Shown piece after piece: positions 36,821 through 45,892 of a stretch of DNA of 64,000 nt. The DNA is taken from positions 161,285 through 225,284 of the IMG/VR virus record IMGVR_UViG_3300035698_018317, one strand, 5' to 3'. Both the position numbers and the translations under genes were made by a program. The notes below the pieces were generated by a model, which was not told the origin of the DNA, did not search any database, and saw only the letters and a program-made list of their open reading frames with translations. Position 1 is the first letter of the stretch. Each line of letters starts with the position of its first letter.

Positions 36821-37243
36821 ATGAAAGTATTATCATTAATATTAACTATTTTAAGTCTTTGTTCAGTATTAAATGCTGATGTGGTTTCAAACACCCATTT
36901 TCGACCTAGAAAAGAATATGTTGTTCCATGGCAAGCAGACGGAAATACAGAGATAAATTATAATTTAGATTCACCACTCCATGTGCAAATTTCACCCACA
37001 CACACATACAAGAGATTCGATTTGATATCTATTTTGCCAGATGAATATTATGGCATATCAGAATTATATACTTTGAGTTTTTATGAAGATATGGATTTAG
37101 GGATAGAAAATGGGTTAAGTGCCAATTGGTATAGAATAAGATTTAAAGCGTATTATACTGAAAGCCCGGAATATGAGAATATTCCAGAACCATCTACTTT
37201 GATTCTGCTTTCCGTTTTAGGTTTTATTTTTATTAAAATATAA
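36821..37243 (+). CDS. secreted PEP-CTERM sorting domain protein
   Basis: N-terminal signal peptide; C-terminal IPEPSTLILLSVLGFIFIKI. Confidence 0.8.
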   Translation: MKVLSLILTILSLCSVLNADVVSNTHFRPRKEYVVPWQADGNTEINYNLDSPLHVQISPTHTYKRFDLISILPDEYYGISELYTLSFYEDMDLGIENGLSANWYRIRFKAYYTESPEYENIPEPSTLILLSVLGFIFIKI

Positions 37244-37266
37244 GGGAAGACAATAAATATGTTGAC

Positions 37267-37662
37267 ATGAAAACATTTACAAAATTTATATTAGAACAAG
37301 ACGAGCAAATTGCTATTGATGAATTCCCGTTTGAACTGGAAGATATTATATCTTGTGAAACACAGCATTTAGGCCCATGTACTACTCCAGAAGCAATTGC
37401 CCATATAAAACTGGCACAAAAGACAGCTAAAATTTTAGGAGTTGTCAAAGCTTTTGGATACGGTAGTGATTTTAAAAAATCTACTCCTGATGATTTCATT
37501 TATGAGGTGACAGTGGAATATATGGAAAAGGCTCTTGACGAAATTCCAAATTCAAGATTAATACAAAGACCATATTTTGCCAATCCGGGTGAGCGTACTT
37601 ATAAAAACAGAATGTTAATTGGTGTTAATCAAGAAGGTAAATCCTCAGTGTTTATGAATTAA
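37267..37662 (+). CDS. hypothetical protein with CTS-like N-terminus (MKTFTKFILE)
   Basis: Shared motif; ATAAATA at 37253-59. Confidence 0.72.
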   Translation: MKTFTKFILEQDEQIAIDEFPFELEDIISCETQHLGPCTTPEAIAHIKLAQKTAKILGVVKAFGYGSDFKKSTPDDFIYEVTVEYMEKALDEIPNSRLIQRPYFANPGERTYKNRMLIGVNQEGKSSVFMN

Positions 37663-38012
37663 ACTTTGCTTCTGCCAATTATTTCTACTTGAGAGGGATT
37701 AAAGACAAAACCATCGAAGTGGTCCCCTCTAGGAAGAATCGCTCCATCATAACCTTGTTGTTCAAGTTGGTCGAGTACAAGTTGATTATATTCTTTCCAA
37801 CCAGCAGGATTTTGTAAATTAACTTTTAGTTCAAGAATATATCCTGACCCTTGTGCCCCTGCTTCTCCAGATTCAATAGATGTTTTATCAGATGTAAACC
37901 AAATTAAACCTTGAGTTGCTTTTTTTAAATTAAATGTCTTAAACCTTTTATCTGTACCGTGATATACGGTCTGTGTGATGACAGATGATTCAAGGTATTG
38001 TTTGAACTCCAT
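37659..38012 (-). CDS. ADP-ribosyltransferase-like protein with CTS-like N-terminus (MEFKQYLE)
   Basis: VYHGT..F..F...G.IWFTSD...V.L.NP...L...GYDG...VF.P.Q ART-type pattern. Confidence 0.7.
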   Translation of the reverse strand: MEFKQYLESSVITQTVYHGTDKRFKTFNLKKATQGLIWFTSDKTSIESGEAGAQGSGYILELKVNLQNPAGWKEYNQLVLDQLEQQGYDGAILPRGDHFDGFVFNPSQVEIIGRSKV

Positions 38013-38014
38013 GT

Positions 38015-38290
38015 TTAAATACCATTAATTCCACTTAAAGCATCGGCTAATTCTTTAATCTCAATGCCGTTCTTAATTCTATCGTGTATCTCTGGGTCAG
38101 CAGCAGAATTCACTGGTCCCCATTGAAGTAAATCCCCTATTAATTCAGGCGTAAATTCATTTGTATTCATAGATAGAAGTTGCTCATCATCGTCAATTCC
38201 CGTCTTTGATTTCAAAAATTCTAGCAGCCCAGTCTGTATTGCAGCCTGCTCTGAATTACCCTGTTCTAACCATGTCTTAAATTTCATCAT
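38015..38290 (-). CDS. small protein with CTS-like N-terminus (MMKFKTWLE)
   Basis: Shared motif; CTAAATA upstream. Confidence 0.7.
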   Translation of the reverse strand: MMKFKTWLEQGNSEQAAIQTGLLEFLKSKTGIDDDEQLLSMNTNEFTPELIGDLLQWGPVNSAADPEIHDRIKNGIEIKELADALSGINGI

Positions 38291-38298
38291 AACAATTC

Positions 38299-38317
38299 TA
38301 TTTAGTGAGCCTAAATA
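38299..38317. promoter_or_regulatory. back-to-back putative late promoters
   Basis: TATTTAG-TGAGC-CTAAATA inverted pair, each a few nt upstream of a divergent ATG. Confidence 0.6.
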
Positions 38318-38322
38318 AGATA

Positions 38323-39105
38323 ATGAATAAAAGTTTTAAATCTTGGATATTCAATGAGAAAGCTGATATATTTGGTTTTGATAAGAAAATAGAACCAATC
38401 AAATGGAAAAAGCTTCAAGACCCCTCTGACAACTTACGAGTAGACGAGGTTCTCAAAGAAATCACAAAAAGTGATTTAGGAATAAAGTGTGGTCGTCAAC
38501 TATGGTCTAACATTGTTGAATGGGGTTATTTTACAGGTGCTATCAAAGTAGAATCTCATCCTGCTTCCTTTTCTTTAGAAGTAAAAAGAAAAGTTGAAGA
38601 TTTAGAAGGTAAAACTGTATGGGTCACTAAGCGAGTTGTGTCTATTCTTGAAACTAAAAAAGGACAAGAAGCAGAAATAGCAAGCGGGATGATAGATGAA
38701 TGCCGAAAAATTGATGAAGAAATGGTTGATATGCCATCAAGAGATTTCACCAAAATTGAAAATCTAGTATCAAAGATATCCTATCATATGAGGCTTAAAG
38801 CCCAAGAAAAGTTCATCTTCAAAGGTGTAAAGAAGATGAAAGAAAATAGTTATATAACAAATTGGCAAATGGCTGGAATGGGTGTAGAAGCACCATCCCA
38901 AAGAAGAGTAGAACAATTCACATTAAATACGACATATTATCCTGAAAGGGGTGTGATTCGATGTTGGGCCTCTGATATAGGTTCAGAATCAGGTGGTGAC
39001 TTTGCGTGGAAAATACGACCAAGTGAATGGGATTTATATTTTGTTCCAACACAGTCTATTGATGAAATTGTTAAAGCAAATGTAGTAATGTTCGAGATGT
39101 ATTAA
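38323..39105 (+). CDS. hypothetical protein with CTS-like N-terminus (MNKSFKSWIFNE)
   Basis: Long ORF; shared motif. Confidence 0.72.
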   Translation: MNKSFKSWIFNEKADIFGFDKKIEPIKWKKLQDPSDNLRVDEVLKEITKSDLGIKCGRQLWSNIVEWGYFTGAIKVESHPASFSLEVKRKVEDLEGKTVWVTKRVVSILETKKGQEAEIASGMIDECRKIDEEMVDMPSRDFTKIENLVSKISYHMRLKAQEKFIFKGVKKMKENSYITNWQMAGMGVEAPSQRRVEQFTLNTTYYPERGVIRCWASDIGSESGGDFAWKIRPSEWDLYFVPTQSIDEIVKANVVMFEMY

Positions 39106-39116
39106 GAGAGGAAACT

Positions 39117-39326
39117 ATGGCAACAGCTAAAAAAGCAGCACATGATATGGTAAAAGCATTAACTACTGTTTTTAAAAAGTATCCTCTTGCAACTAGAAAA
39201 AGAGCTTGGCATGGGTTAATGACAGATAAAGGTCATAAGACAATGGAAGATTTACTACTTCATCCTAATAAACCATTAAATAGAATAAAATCATTCTCAT
39301 TCAAAGAATGGGTAGAAAATAATTAG
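39117..39326 (+). CDS. small hypothetical protein (FKEWVE motif at C-terminus)
   Basis: SD GAGGA upstream. Confidence 0.65.
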   Translation: MATAKKAAHDMVKALTTVFKKYPLATRKRAWHGLMTDKGHKTMEDLLLHPNKPLNRIKSFSFKEWVENN

Positions 39327-39829
39327 CCACCCCAACCACGGGTTGAACCCCTCCGAATTTTGTGGCCAAAGCCTGCAAATTCTTTATCAAGTTCGTGTAA
39401 TCTTTTTAAATATGCTTTTTCTTCTTTTAATGCCAATGTCATTTCTACAATGCAATCCGCAATATTACGCCGAGATTGCATGAGATTTTTTAAAGTCATA
39501 AATACAGCCATGTCTGTCCGTGGTGATATTACTAGTTTTGCAGAGGAACGATGCATAACCACCCTAATTTTACTCCCATTAGGTATTTTTGTTTTCAAAT
39601 TCTTCAAACGTGGACGTAATGATGCAATGGCTGATGACAACCATTTTTTGATTTTGCACAAGTCAGATAATTTGAAAGTTAAATCAGGTGCCTCAAACCT
39701 AACTATAGCCCGACACTTCCCACGACCAAGGCTGGCGGTTAGGCGTTGATTCTTCAAATCAGTAATATCTAAATAATAATTTGCATCAATATTAGAATGC
39801 CGGTCATTATAAGTAGGGTAATTCTTCAT
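39323..39829 (-). CDS. hypothetical protein
   Basis: ORF in operon. Confidence 0.6.
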   Translation of the reverse strand: MKNYPTYNDRHSNIDANYYLDITDLKNQRLTASLGRGKCRAIVRFEAPDLTFKLSDLCKIKKWLSSAIASLRPRLKNLKTKIPNGSKIRVVMHRSSAKLVISPRTDMAVFMTLKNLMQSRRNIADCIVEMTLALKEEKAYLKRLHELDKEFAGFGHKIRRGSTRGWGG

Positions 39830-39831
39830 TC

Positions 39832-41070
39832 TTAAACCTGCTTCAACATTTTTTCAATTTCTTCTTTATGGTCACCATATCTTTTTCGCCTATTGGAAAA
39901 TTCATTAACCCAACCCGAAAATTGTTTGGGGTATCGACGCAATCGACCTGTCCAACTATCTCTCTGAGGGGATGTTTTACCATTCCATTTAGTTTTGCCT
40001 TGTAAAAATAATTTGACTGCAAGTGAGGTTGGTTTGAAATATTTAGATTCAGTTAATGCTTTTGTGTATGAGCCAGATTTATTTGGGTTATACATCAAAG
40101 AAGCACGTAGCATAGCGGTAAAAAACGATTTCCGCATCTGTGTGCTATGCCAGAATCGAGATACTTTAATCCACATCACACCCTTGCGATTAGTTGGACC
40201 GCATTCAGAGAATTTTGTGAATTCCAATCTTCTTTCTATACGTCTAATAAATGCTGCGACATGTTTTCCTTGAGATTTTTTGTGACAAAATACAATGGAT
40301 GTCCATTTACGCCCATCCATTTTTTCCCTACAATAGGACCAATATTCCGTTTTATATTTGTGTTTCGAGGACTTCTTTTTGATAGGAATAAGCGGAGCAT
40401 AATTACCTGTTTCTGCATTGTTAAAAGAACGAAAAGATATATCCAATTTTTCCCCAAAAATAGGTATTCTTATTCTTTTTTCAGCGGACTCTGGTAATAA
40501 TCTTTTATTTATTTTAACTTTGCCAGCTTGAGAAAATACATTTACCCAACCCCCACTACTCCCTCGATAGTATGTATTACCTTCCAAAAATCGGCTTAAC
40601 GCCGTAGCGGTTTCCCTAAAATAACTTTGCGACTTTATCGCTGCATTAAAACTACCTTTATATGATTTCCCGGCTCGGAGGAAAATAGTAAAAATAGAAC
40701 GTCTCATTGCTGACCGAAGCCACCATTTAGATGGAGCTATTATCAAACCATTTGAATTCCCAGAAATACTATGAAAAACAGTTCTTTCTTTTAGTCCTAA
40801 TTTATCTTCTAATTTTTTGATGAAGGCAGCTATTTTGAAGCGAGTCTCTGAATCTGCATCATAGCTAATTAACCCAGAGCCAGTCCTTGCTTGTCGGCCC
40901 CATGCTGTTGCGAAGGTCTCTCTACAATTATGGGTATTTGACACTATGTATCGGTTTGTATTTTTTTCCGGTTTTTTAGAAACAACACCAAATTCTCCAC
41001 CTCGGTTCCATTCGCAAAATCTAACTTTCATCGGCTTGCCATCAAGTCGTTTACTTATACTCATAATCAA
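39832..41070 (-). CDS. hypothetical protein with tandem domain duplication
   Basis: Two copies of CRE...AAFI..(L/I)E..L...S..W...MR.S.FT..LRA...YF..T..A...FL.G.T...GWVN.FS. Confidence 0.75.
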   Translation of the reverse strand: MIMSISKRLDGKPMKVRFCEWNRGGEFGVVSKKPEKNTNRYIVSNTHNCRETFATAWGRQARTGSGLISYDADSETRFKIAAFIKKLEDKLGLKERTVFHSISGNSNGLIIAPSKWWLRSAMRRSIFTIFLRAGKSYKGSFNAAIKSQSYFRETATALSRFLEGNTYYRGSSGGWVNVFSQAGKVKINKRLLPESAEKRIRIPIFGEKLDISFRSFNNAETGNYAPLIPIKKKSSKHKYKTEYWSYCREKMDGRKWTSIVFCHKKSQGKHVAAFIRRIERRLEFTKFSECGPTNRKGVMWIKVSRFWHSTQMRKSFFTAMLRASLMYNPNKSGSYTKALTESKYFKPTSLAVKLFLQGKTKWNGKTSPQRDSWTGRLRRYPKQFSGWVNEFSNRRKRYGDHKEEIEKMLKQV

Positions 41071-41749
41071 ATTCTTTCAAAAACAAATTATTCACTTCAT
41101 CCGTTATAGAAGACTTGTAAATATCAAGGTCGAACATAAAATACTCTTCGAAGCCCTTTTTGTCAATAGCGCTAGCTATAAAGGGAGATAACAAAACATA
41201 GTAAGGTGTTATCTTACCTAAAGTTAGCCATTTAACTACCAAATATTCTTGCACTGCCGCTTGAATTTGTTCGAAACTAGGATGTCCCTCAAATTTATCG
41301 AACAAAAACTTCTTTGTACGCTTAAGTGCAGATTGAATTTGGATAAATGACGACTTTCCTCCGTCAGATTCAATTTTTTGCTGTTTCTTAACTTTATCGT
41401 ACTTCCGTTGCCATAACTTCCATCTACGCCACGCCTTATCTCCGGTCAAACATGCTGGAGTTATTAGGGCATGTACATCTCCATCGCTAATATTCGTTAA
41501 AACATGTATTTGTGCGGTCACATACAGCCTATAATCCTTGTAGTCTATCAACCCACGAGTTTCTTTAATGAGCTTGTAACAATAGCGGAATAAGAGAGAT
41601 TTACGAGGGTCGCCAGTTTGTTTGGATTTCGTGTATTGATATTTAGGAATTTCCTTTTCACACACTGAATCCCACATAATACAGAGTTTGTACGCAGAAA
41701 TCTCGTCTTGGTTCATTTTGTATTTGACTATTTGTTCCGCTGGCGACAT
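41051..41749 (-). CDS. hypothetical protein
   Basis: ORF in operon. Confidence 0.7.
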   Translation of the reverse strand: MSPAEQIVKYKMNQDEISAYKLCIMWDSVCEKEIPKYQYTKSKQTGDPRKSLLFRYCYKLIKETRGLIDYKDYRLYVTAQIHVLTNISDGDVHALITPACLTGDKAWRRWKLWQRKYDKVKKQQKIESDGGKSSFIQIQSALKRTKKFLFDKFEGHPSFEQIQAAVQEYLVVKWLTLGKITPYYVLLSPFIASAIDKKGFEEYFMFDLDIYKSSITDEVNNLFLKEFDYEYK

Positions 41750-41770
41750 TTGAACATGATACCATAAAGT

Positions 41771-42292
41771 CTAGTGTAAACCTAGCTTTTTCATTGTTAA
41801 CTCGGCGACAAGCTCTTTAGCTTCTACCATTGTTCGGATTATTCGTGTTGGAAGTCTATGTTGGATAGGGACTTCACCTTCTCGTAGAATATTGATAATC
41901 ATCAATGGTACGTTACTATCGAATATTACAAGGTCAAGAGTATCAAAACCAGAATAAATTTCACCTCTAATATCAGAAATCGGTTTTAAAGAAGAGTGGA
42001 GGAATGATTGGATTTCGAATTTAGAATCTTGTTCAGGGTATTTTATAGAAAACTCACCGGACAGCTTTGGTGGTTGATATAAGACATCATCAGAAACTAC
42101 AGGTATTGAGTTCCTTTCGGCTAGCGCTAGAAGTTTGGAATCTATCGTAGTGCCAACTAATTTCTTTTTCCATTTTTTGTATGGAGGCCAACCAACGCCT
42201 ATGAGCATTAATGTGTTTCTACTGTATCCACCAGATGGTGTTCTTAGACTCTCAAGAATTGCTTGAGTGAGAGTTATTTGTGGCATTTTCAA
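41771..42292 (-). CDS. hypothetical protein
   Basis: ORF with SD AGAGG upstream. Confidence 0.65.
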   Translation of the reverse strand: MKMPQITLTQAILESLRTPSGGYSRNTLMLIGVGWPPYKKWKKKLVGTTIDSKLLALAERNSIPVVSDDVLYQPPKLSGEFSIKYPEQDSKFEIQSFLHSSLKPISDIRGEIYSGFDTLDLVIFDSNVPLMIINILREGEVPIQHRLPTRIIRTMVEAKELVAELTMKKLGLH

Positions 42293-42657
42293 TTCCTCTA
42301 GTATTTACTTATATCTACTTAGTACTTATTAATTTGAGTATGATTAAATCCCCGGAGACTCCCCTTGTATCCTCGCTTTAAACGAAGAAATAACAAGAGG
42401 GGAATCTTCGGAATAAGTTTCTCTTTATCCCTTTTTACTCGATGTTTATTTTTTTTAGACGAATAAACTATACAAGTGGCCTTGTATCTCCCACGTCTAT
42501 ACCACAAAATGTTATGCAATGTGTCGGGGAGTCAATCTTATCCCATTGCTTTGTGATTTAGTTGTTAGTAATGATTAGTGGGAGTTAGTAGGTATGTTCT
42601 GGAGTCTTTCATCTTTTGCATACCCAGTTAGTTAATTAGTTAATTAGTGTTAGAGAA

Positions 42658-42745
42658 GTTATATCAAAAACAGTAGAGTATTTCAAGCGCTTTTTTTTGC
42701 GCTTTCTTAATTTACTTGAAAATTAATTTCTTAGCGTTATTATAA
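42658..42745. promoter_or_regulatory. divergent sigma70-type promoters with central inverted repeat
   Basis: Leftward TTGAAA (42681-86)-17-TATAAC (42658-63); rightward TTGAAA near 42716 with TATAAG-like -10; AAGCGC-T8-GCGCTT between them. Confidence 0.55.
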
Positions 42746-42749
42746 GTTC

Positions 42750-43388
42750 ATGGAAATTGAAAGAAAAGGCAGAATCATCTATGTTTCCTGTGATTCAAGG
42801 TATGAAGTTACTTCTACATTTATGAGATTACAAGAGTTTCATGAGTCTCCTTCTAAAAAGATACGAGGTAAATATTTTACTTTAGAACAATTCATGGATG
42901 AGTATGCGAACATGATGGGCAATTTTACTTATTGTTCTGATTGGTCTGGTTTTAATGTACCCGGAAAAGTATATTATAAATTTATAAATATGTTTTCTTC
43001 GGATTTGCTTAAAAAAGAAGAAAAGATGATGGACCTTATAGAAAAGGCCACATTTGGCCTTGATGACACAGAAGATGATTTTTATATAATAGGTACATGG
43101 GATGATGAAGATATCATTCATGAAGAAGCACATGCGTTTTTTGCTCTTTCTCCGGTATACCGTAAAACAATGGAGAAATTGGTGAATGATTATAAAAGAA
43201 AAAATGAAGTAGGAAAGTGGATACGGGATATGGGATATGACAAAAGTGTTGTTGTAGACGAAACACAGGCATACTTAGCGACATCAGATGATGAATACCT
43301 TTTAGAATCTGGTTTTAAGAAGAGTTGGTGTGTACCCAAAGCATTTTCTAATTATTTTAATGAATTTAAGGAACAATATGAAACCTAG
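42750..43388 (+). CDS. hypothetical protein with HExxH motif
   Basis: IIHEEAHAFF. Confidence 0.65.
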   Translation: MEIERKGRIIYVSCDSRYEVTSTFMRLQEFHESPSKKIRGKYFTLEQFMDEYANMMGNFTYCSDWSGFNVPGKVYYKFINMFSSDLLKKEEKMMDLIEKATFGLDDTEDDFYIIGTWDDEDIIHEEAHAFFALSPVYRKTMEKLVNDYKRKNEVGKWIRDMGYDKSVVVDETQAYLATSDDEYLLESGFKKSWCVPKAFSNYFNEFKEQYET

Positions 43389-43869
43389 AGTTAAAATTTA
43401 TACAGATGGCTCATGTCCCATTCCAAATGGTCCCGGTGGATGGGCTTATATCATGCGAATCACTGGGTCCGAAGGGTTTGAGAAAAAGAAGGCTGGAGGG
43501 GAACGCAGCACTACAAATAACAGAATGGAATTAATGGGGCCAATAAAAGCCTTAGAAGACTTGTCTTTTGTGGGGAAATCGCTTAATATCATTCTAACAT
43601 CTGACAGCCAGTATGTGACTAAGGGTATATCTGAGTGGTTGCCTAAATGGGTGCGTGCTGGTTGGAAGAAGAGAAACTTCAAAACTAAAGAAGTAGAAGA
43701 CGTTGCTAATAAGGATTTATGGAAAAGATTGTATGCTCTGATATCGAAACATGATATTGAAACATGTTGGGTTAGAGGTCACAATGGTCATACAGAGAAC
43801 GAAGAATGTGACGTTATGGCTGGAAATGAGACAAAGAGAGTTATAGCTGAAATCAGAAGCGAAAAATAG
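43378..43869 (+). CDS. rnhA: ribonuclease HI
   Basis: YTDGSC, GGWA, TNNRMEL, SDSQYV, N.DLW, WVRGHNGH.ENE.CD. Confidence 0.95.
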   Translation: MKPRVKIYTDGSCPIPNGPGGWAYIMRITGSEGFEKKKAGGERSTTNNRMELMGPIKALEDLSFVGKSLNIILTSDSQYVTKGISEWLPKWVRAGWKKRNFKTKEVEDVANKDLWKRLYALISKHDIETCWVRGHNGHTENEECDVMAGNETKRVIAEIRSEK

Positions 43870-43879
43870 GTTTTTCAAG

Positions 43880-44524
43880 ATGGGCAAAAACAAGCACAAA
43901 AAGAAAAAGAAAAATAAACCAGTTATCATAGTCACTTATCCAAATACAGTGGCACAGTGCATTGATGACAAGTTGAAATTTCGCAAAGATACTATTAATG
44001 CTATTAATGAGTTTAGAACCTTTCGTCCTTGGAAGGGGACTTTGTGGCAGAGAAAGAATAAGATTGTATATTTACATCTTCATTTGTGTGAAATATATGG
44101 CAACGAGGTTGGTATAACATTTAATCCTTCATTAAAGTCGAGCGTGTACATTCCCGATGAAAACATAATTGTACTAAGGGATTGTTCTGTGGTTACATTT
44201 TTACACGAGTTTGCTCATTCTTTAGGGAAGGATGAAAACGATGCTTGTCGTTGGAGTTTAAATCTGTTCAAAAGATGTTTCCCTAAAGCTTTTGCAAACA
44301 ATAAACAAATGGGGCATATGTTGGTTAGAAAGAAAAATAAACCAAAAAAGGCTCGGAAGGGCACGGTTGTTGACACCACTATCCAAACTACCCCCAAAAC
44401 TACTCAGATTTTTGAAAACATTAAAAAAACCCAAGTTTTTGAAGACATTAAAAACTCTGAACTTTTTGGAGATGTGGTAGAGGCCGCTAAAGCTCTCGTT
44501 AGAAAAGCTAAAGCTCTTAAATAG
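43880..44524 (+). CDS. hypothetical protein with HExxH motif
   Basis: TFLHEFAHSL. Confidence 0.6.
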   Translation: MGKNKHKKKKKNKPVIIVTYPNTVAQCIDDKLKFRKDTINAINEFRTFRPWKGTLWQRKNKIVYLHLHLCEIYGNEVGITFNPSLKSSVYIPDENIIVLRDCSVVTFLHEFAHSLGKDENDACRWSLNLFKRCFPKAFANNKQMGHMLVRKKNKPKKARKGTVVDTTIQTTPKTTQIFENIKKTQVFEDIKNSELFGDVVEAAKALVRKAKALK

Positions 44525-44584
44525 ATTTATTTTCAATTTTTACAAGGGGTTGTTTCTTCATCTTGATTTTGTTATAATTTTTGT

Positions 44585-45892
44585 ATGTTCGAATTTGAAT
44601 CCGCTTTAAATAAAATTTGGGGCCAAACGCTCTTTGCTGAGTTCCAACCAGATGTCGGAGATTTCACAGGTGATAAACCTACATATCTCAATATACATTC
44701 GGATACTCTTAATTTGCGGATTCCATTTCCATCTGACCCTAAAAGGCTTAAGAAGCGTCGAGCACAAATCTTAACTTATATTTCTGGCAAAGATAAGCCA
44801 AATGTAATTATTGGGTGGAATCTTAAAGAATTATTCAGTTACATACTGGGAAAAACAACAGTCCCGCTTCAACTCAATTCTAAAATATATGATTTAAAGA
44901 TTCTGGAATGGTATTTGGGAATTGAAAAGAGTGTTCCAACATCCTTAAAAGAAGCACAAAATAGACTTGCTAAAGTAGTACAACATTCTTCTTGGGAAAA
45001 GCTTCAAAAAGTGTACGAAGGTATATATATACCTTTGATAACACGAGTCGTCCCGGCTATGGAGACTATCGGTGTTAACCACCGGGGACTCAAAAAACGG
45101 CTTCATAGTCATTATGAAATAAACGGCCAAGTCAATGGCCGAATGAAATGTTCAAAAATTCTTCAAGATGGTTTCAATCCACATTCAATAGGTCTTGAAG
45201 ATAGACGAGCGTTACGAGCGGTAGGTTTTGACCGAACGTTTATGTATTTGGATTATAAGCACATGGAGGTTTCAGTTCTCCAATGGTTGAGTGGCGATGA
45301 TGTTTTGGGAAATATATTAGATTCGGGGAAAGATATTTATGAGGCAGTATGGACTATTCTTACAACATTAGAAAGCACACCTAAGTTTCGTGAAAAATGT
45401 AAAGGATTGTTTCTTCCCGTAGTTTATGGACAAGGTGTTGCTTCTGTGGCTAAAGCTAGTCAAATACCAGAAGAAACAGCAAGAAGATTGGTGAGCAGAA
45501 TCTATAATCGTTTACCAATGGCAATGAATTGGGTTCAAGGACAACAAAATTTATTAATAGACGGAATAGGAACTGATGTACACGGAAGATGTAGAGAATT
45601 TGACCAAGCGTATAAGGTGCGGAATTTTATTGTCCAATCCCCCGCAGCATTGTTATGTTTGCACAAGCTGGTCGAACTGTATGACGCAATGAAAGGATTG
45701 GCACAGGTTGCCTTTCATATTCATGATGGTTATGTTTTATATGTGCCGAAAGAAGATAGCATGAAAGTAGCAAAACGAGCTAAAGAAGTTTTGGAATCAG
45801 AGGACAGCTTTTTCCAAGGTCTGAGGTTAAAGGTTTCATGCAAAATAGGTGATAATTTAGACGAATTAAAAGAAATGAGGATAGATGAATGA
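44585..45892 (+). CDS. compact family A DNA polymerase
   Basis: GRM, motif A LDYKHMEV, motif B R..CK...LPVVYGQG, NFIVQSPAA, motif C IHDG. Confidence 0.85.
   Translation: MFEFESALNKIWGQTLFAEFQPDVGDFTGDKPTYLNIHSDTLNLRIPFPSDPKRLKKRRAQILTYISGKDKPNVIIGWNLKELFSYILGKTTVPLQLNSKIYDLKILEWYLGIEKSVPTSLKEAQNRLAKVVQHSSWEKLQKVYEGIYIPLITRVVPAMETIGVNHRGLKKRLHSHYEINGQVNGRMKCSKILQDGFNPHSIGLEDRRALRAVGFDRTFMYLDYKHMEVSVLQWLSGDDVLGNILDSGKDIYEAVWTILTTLESTPKFREKCKGLFLPVVYGQGVASVAKASQIPEETARRLVSRIYNRLPMAMNWVQGQQNLLIDGIGTDVHGRCREFDQAYKVRNFIVQSPAALLCLHKLVELYDAMKGLAQVAFHIHDGYVLYVPKEDSMKVAKRAKEVLESEDSFFQGLRLKVSCKIGDNLDELKEMRIDE

Noticed and set aside
42319-42519. 66-aa ORF in the ACTAA-repeat region
   Set aside because: No convincing SD and no recognisable motif; it may be real but cannot be supported
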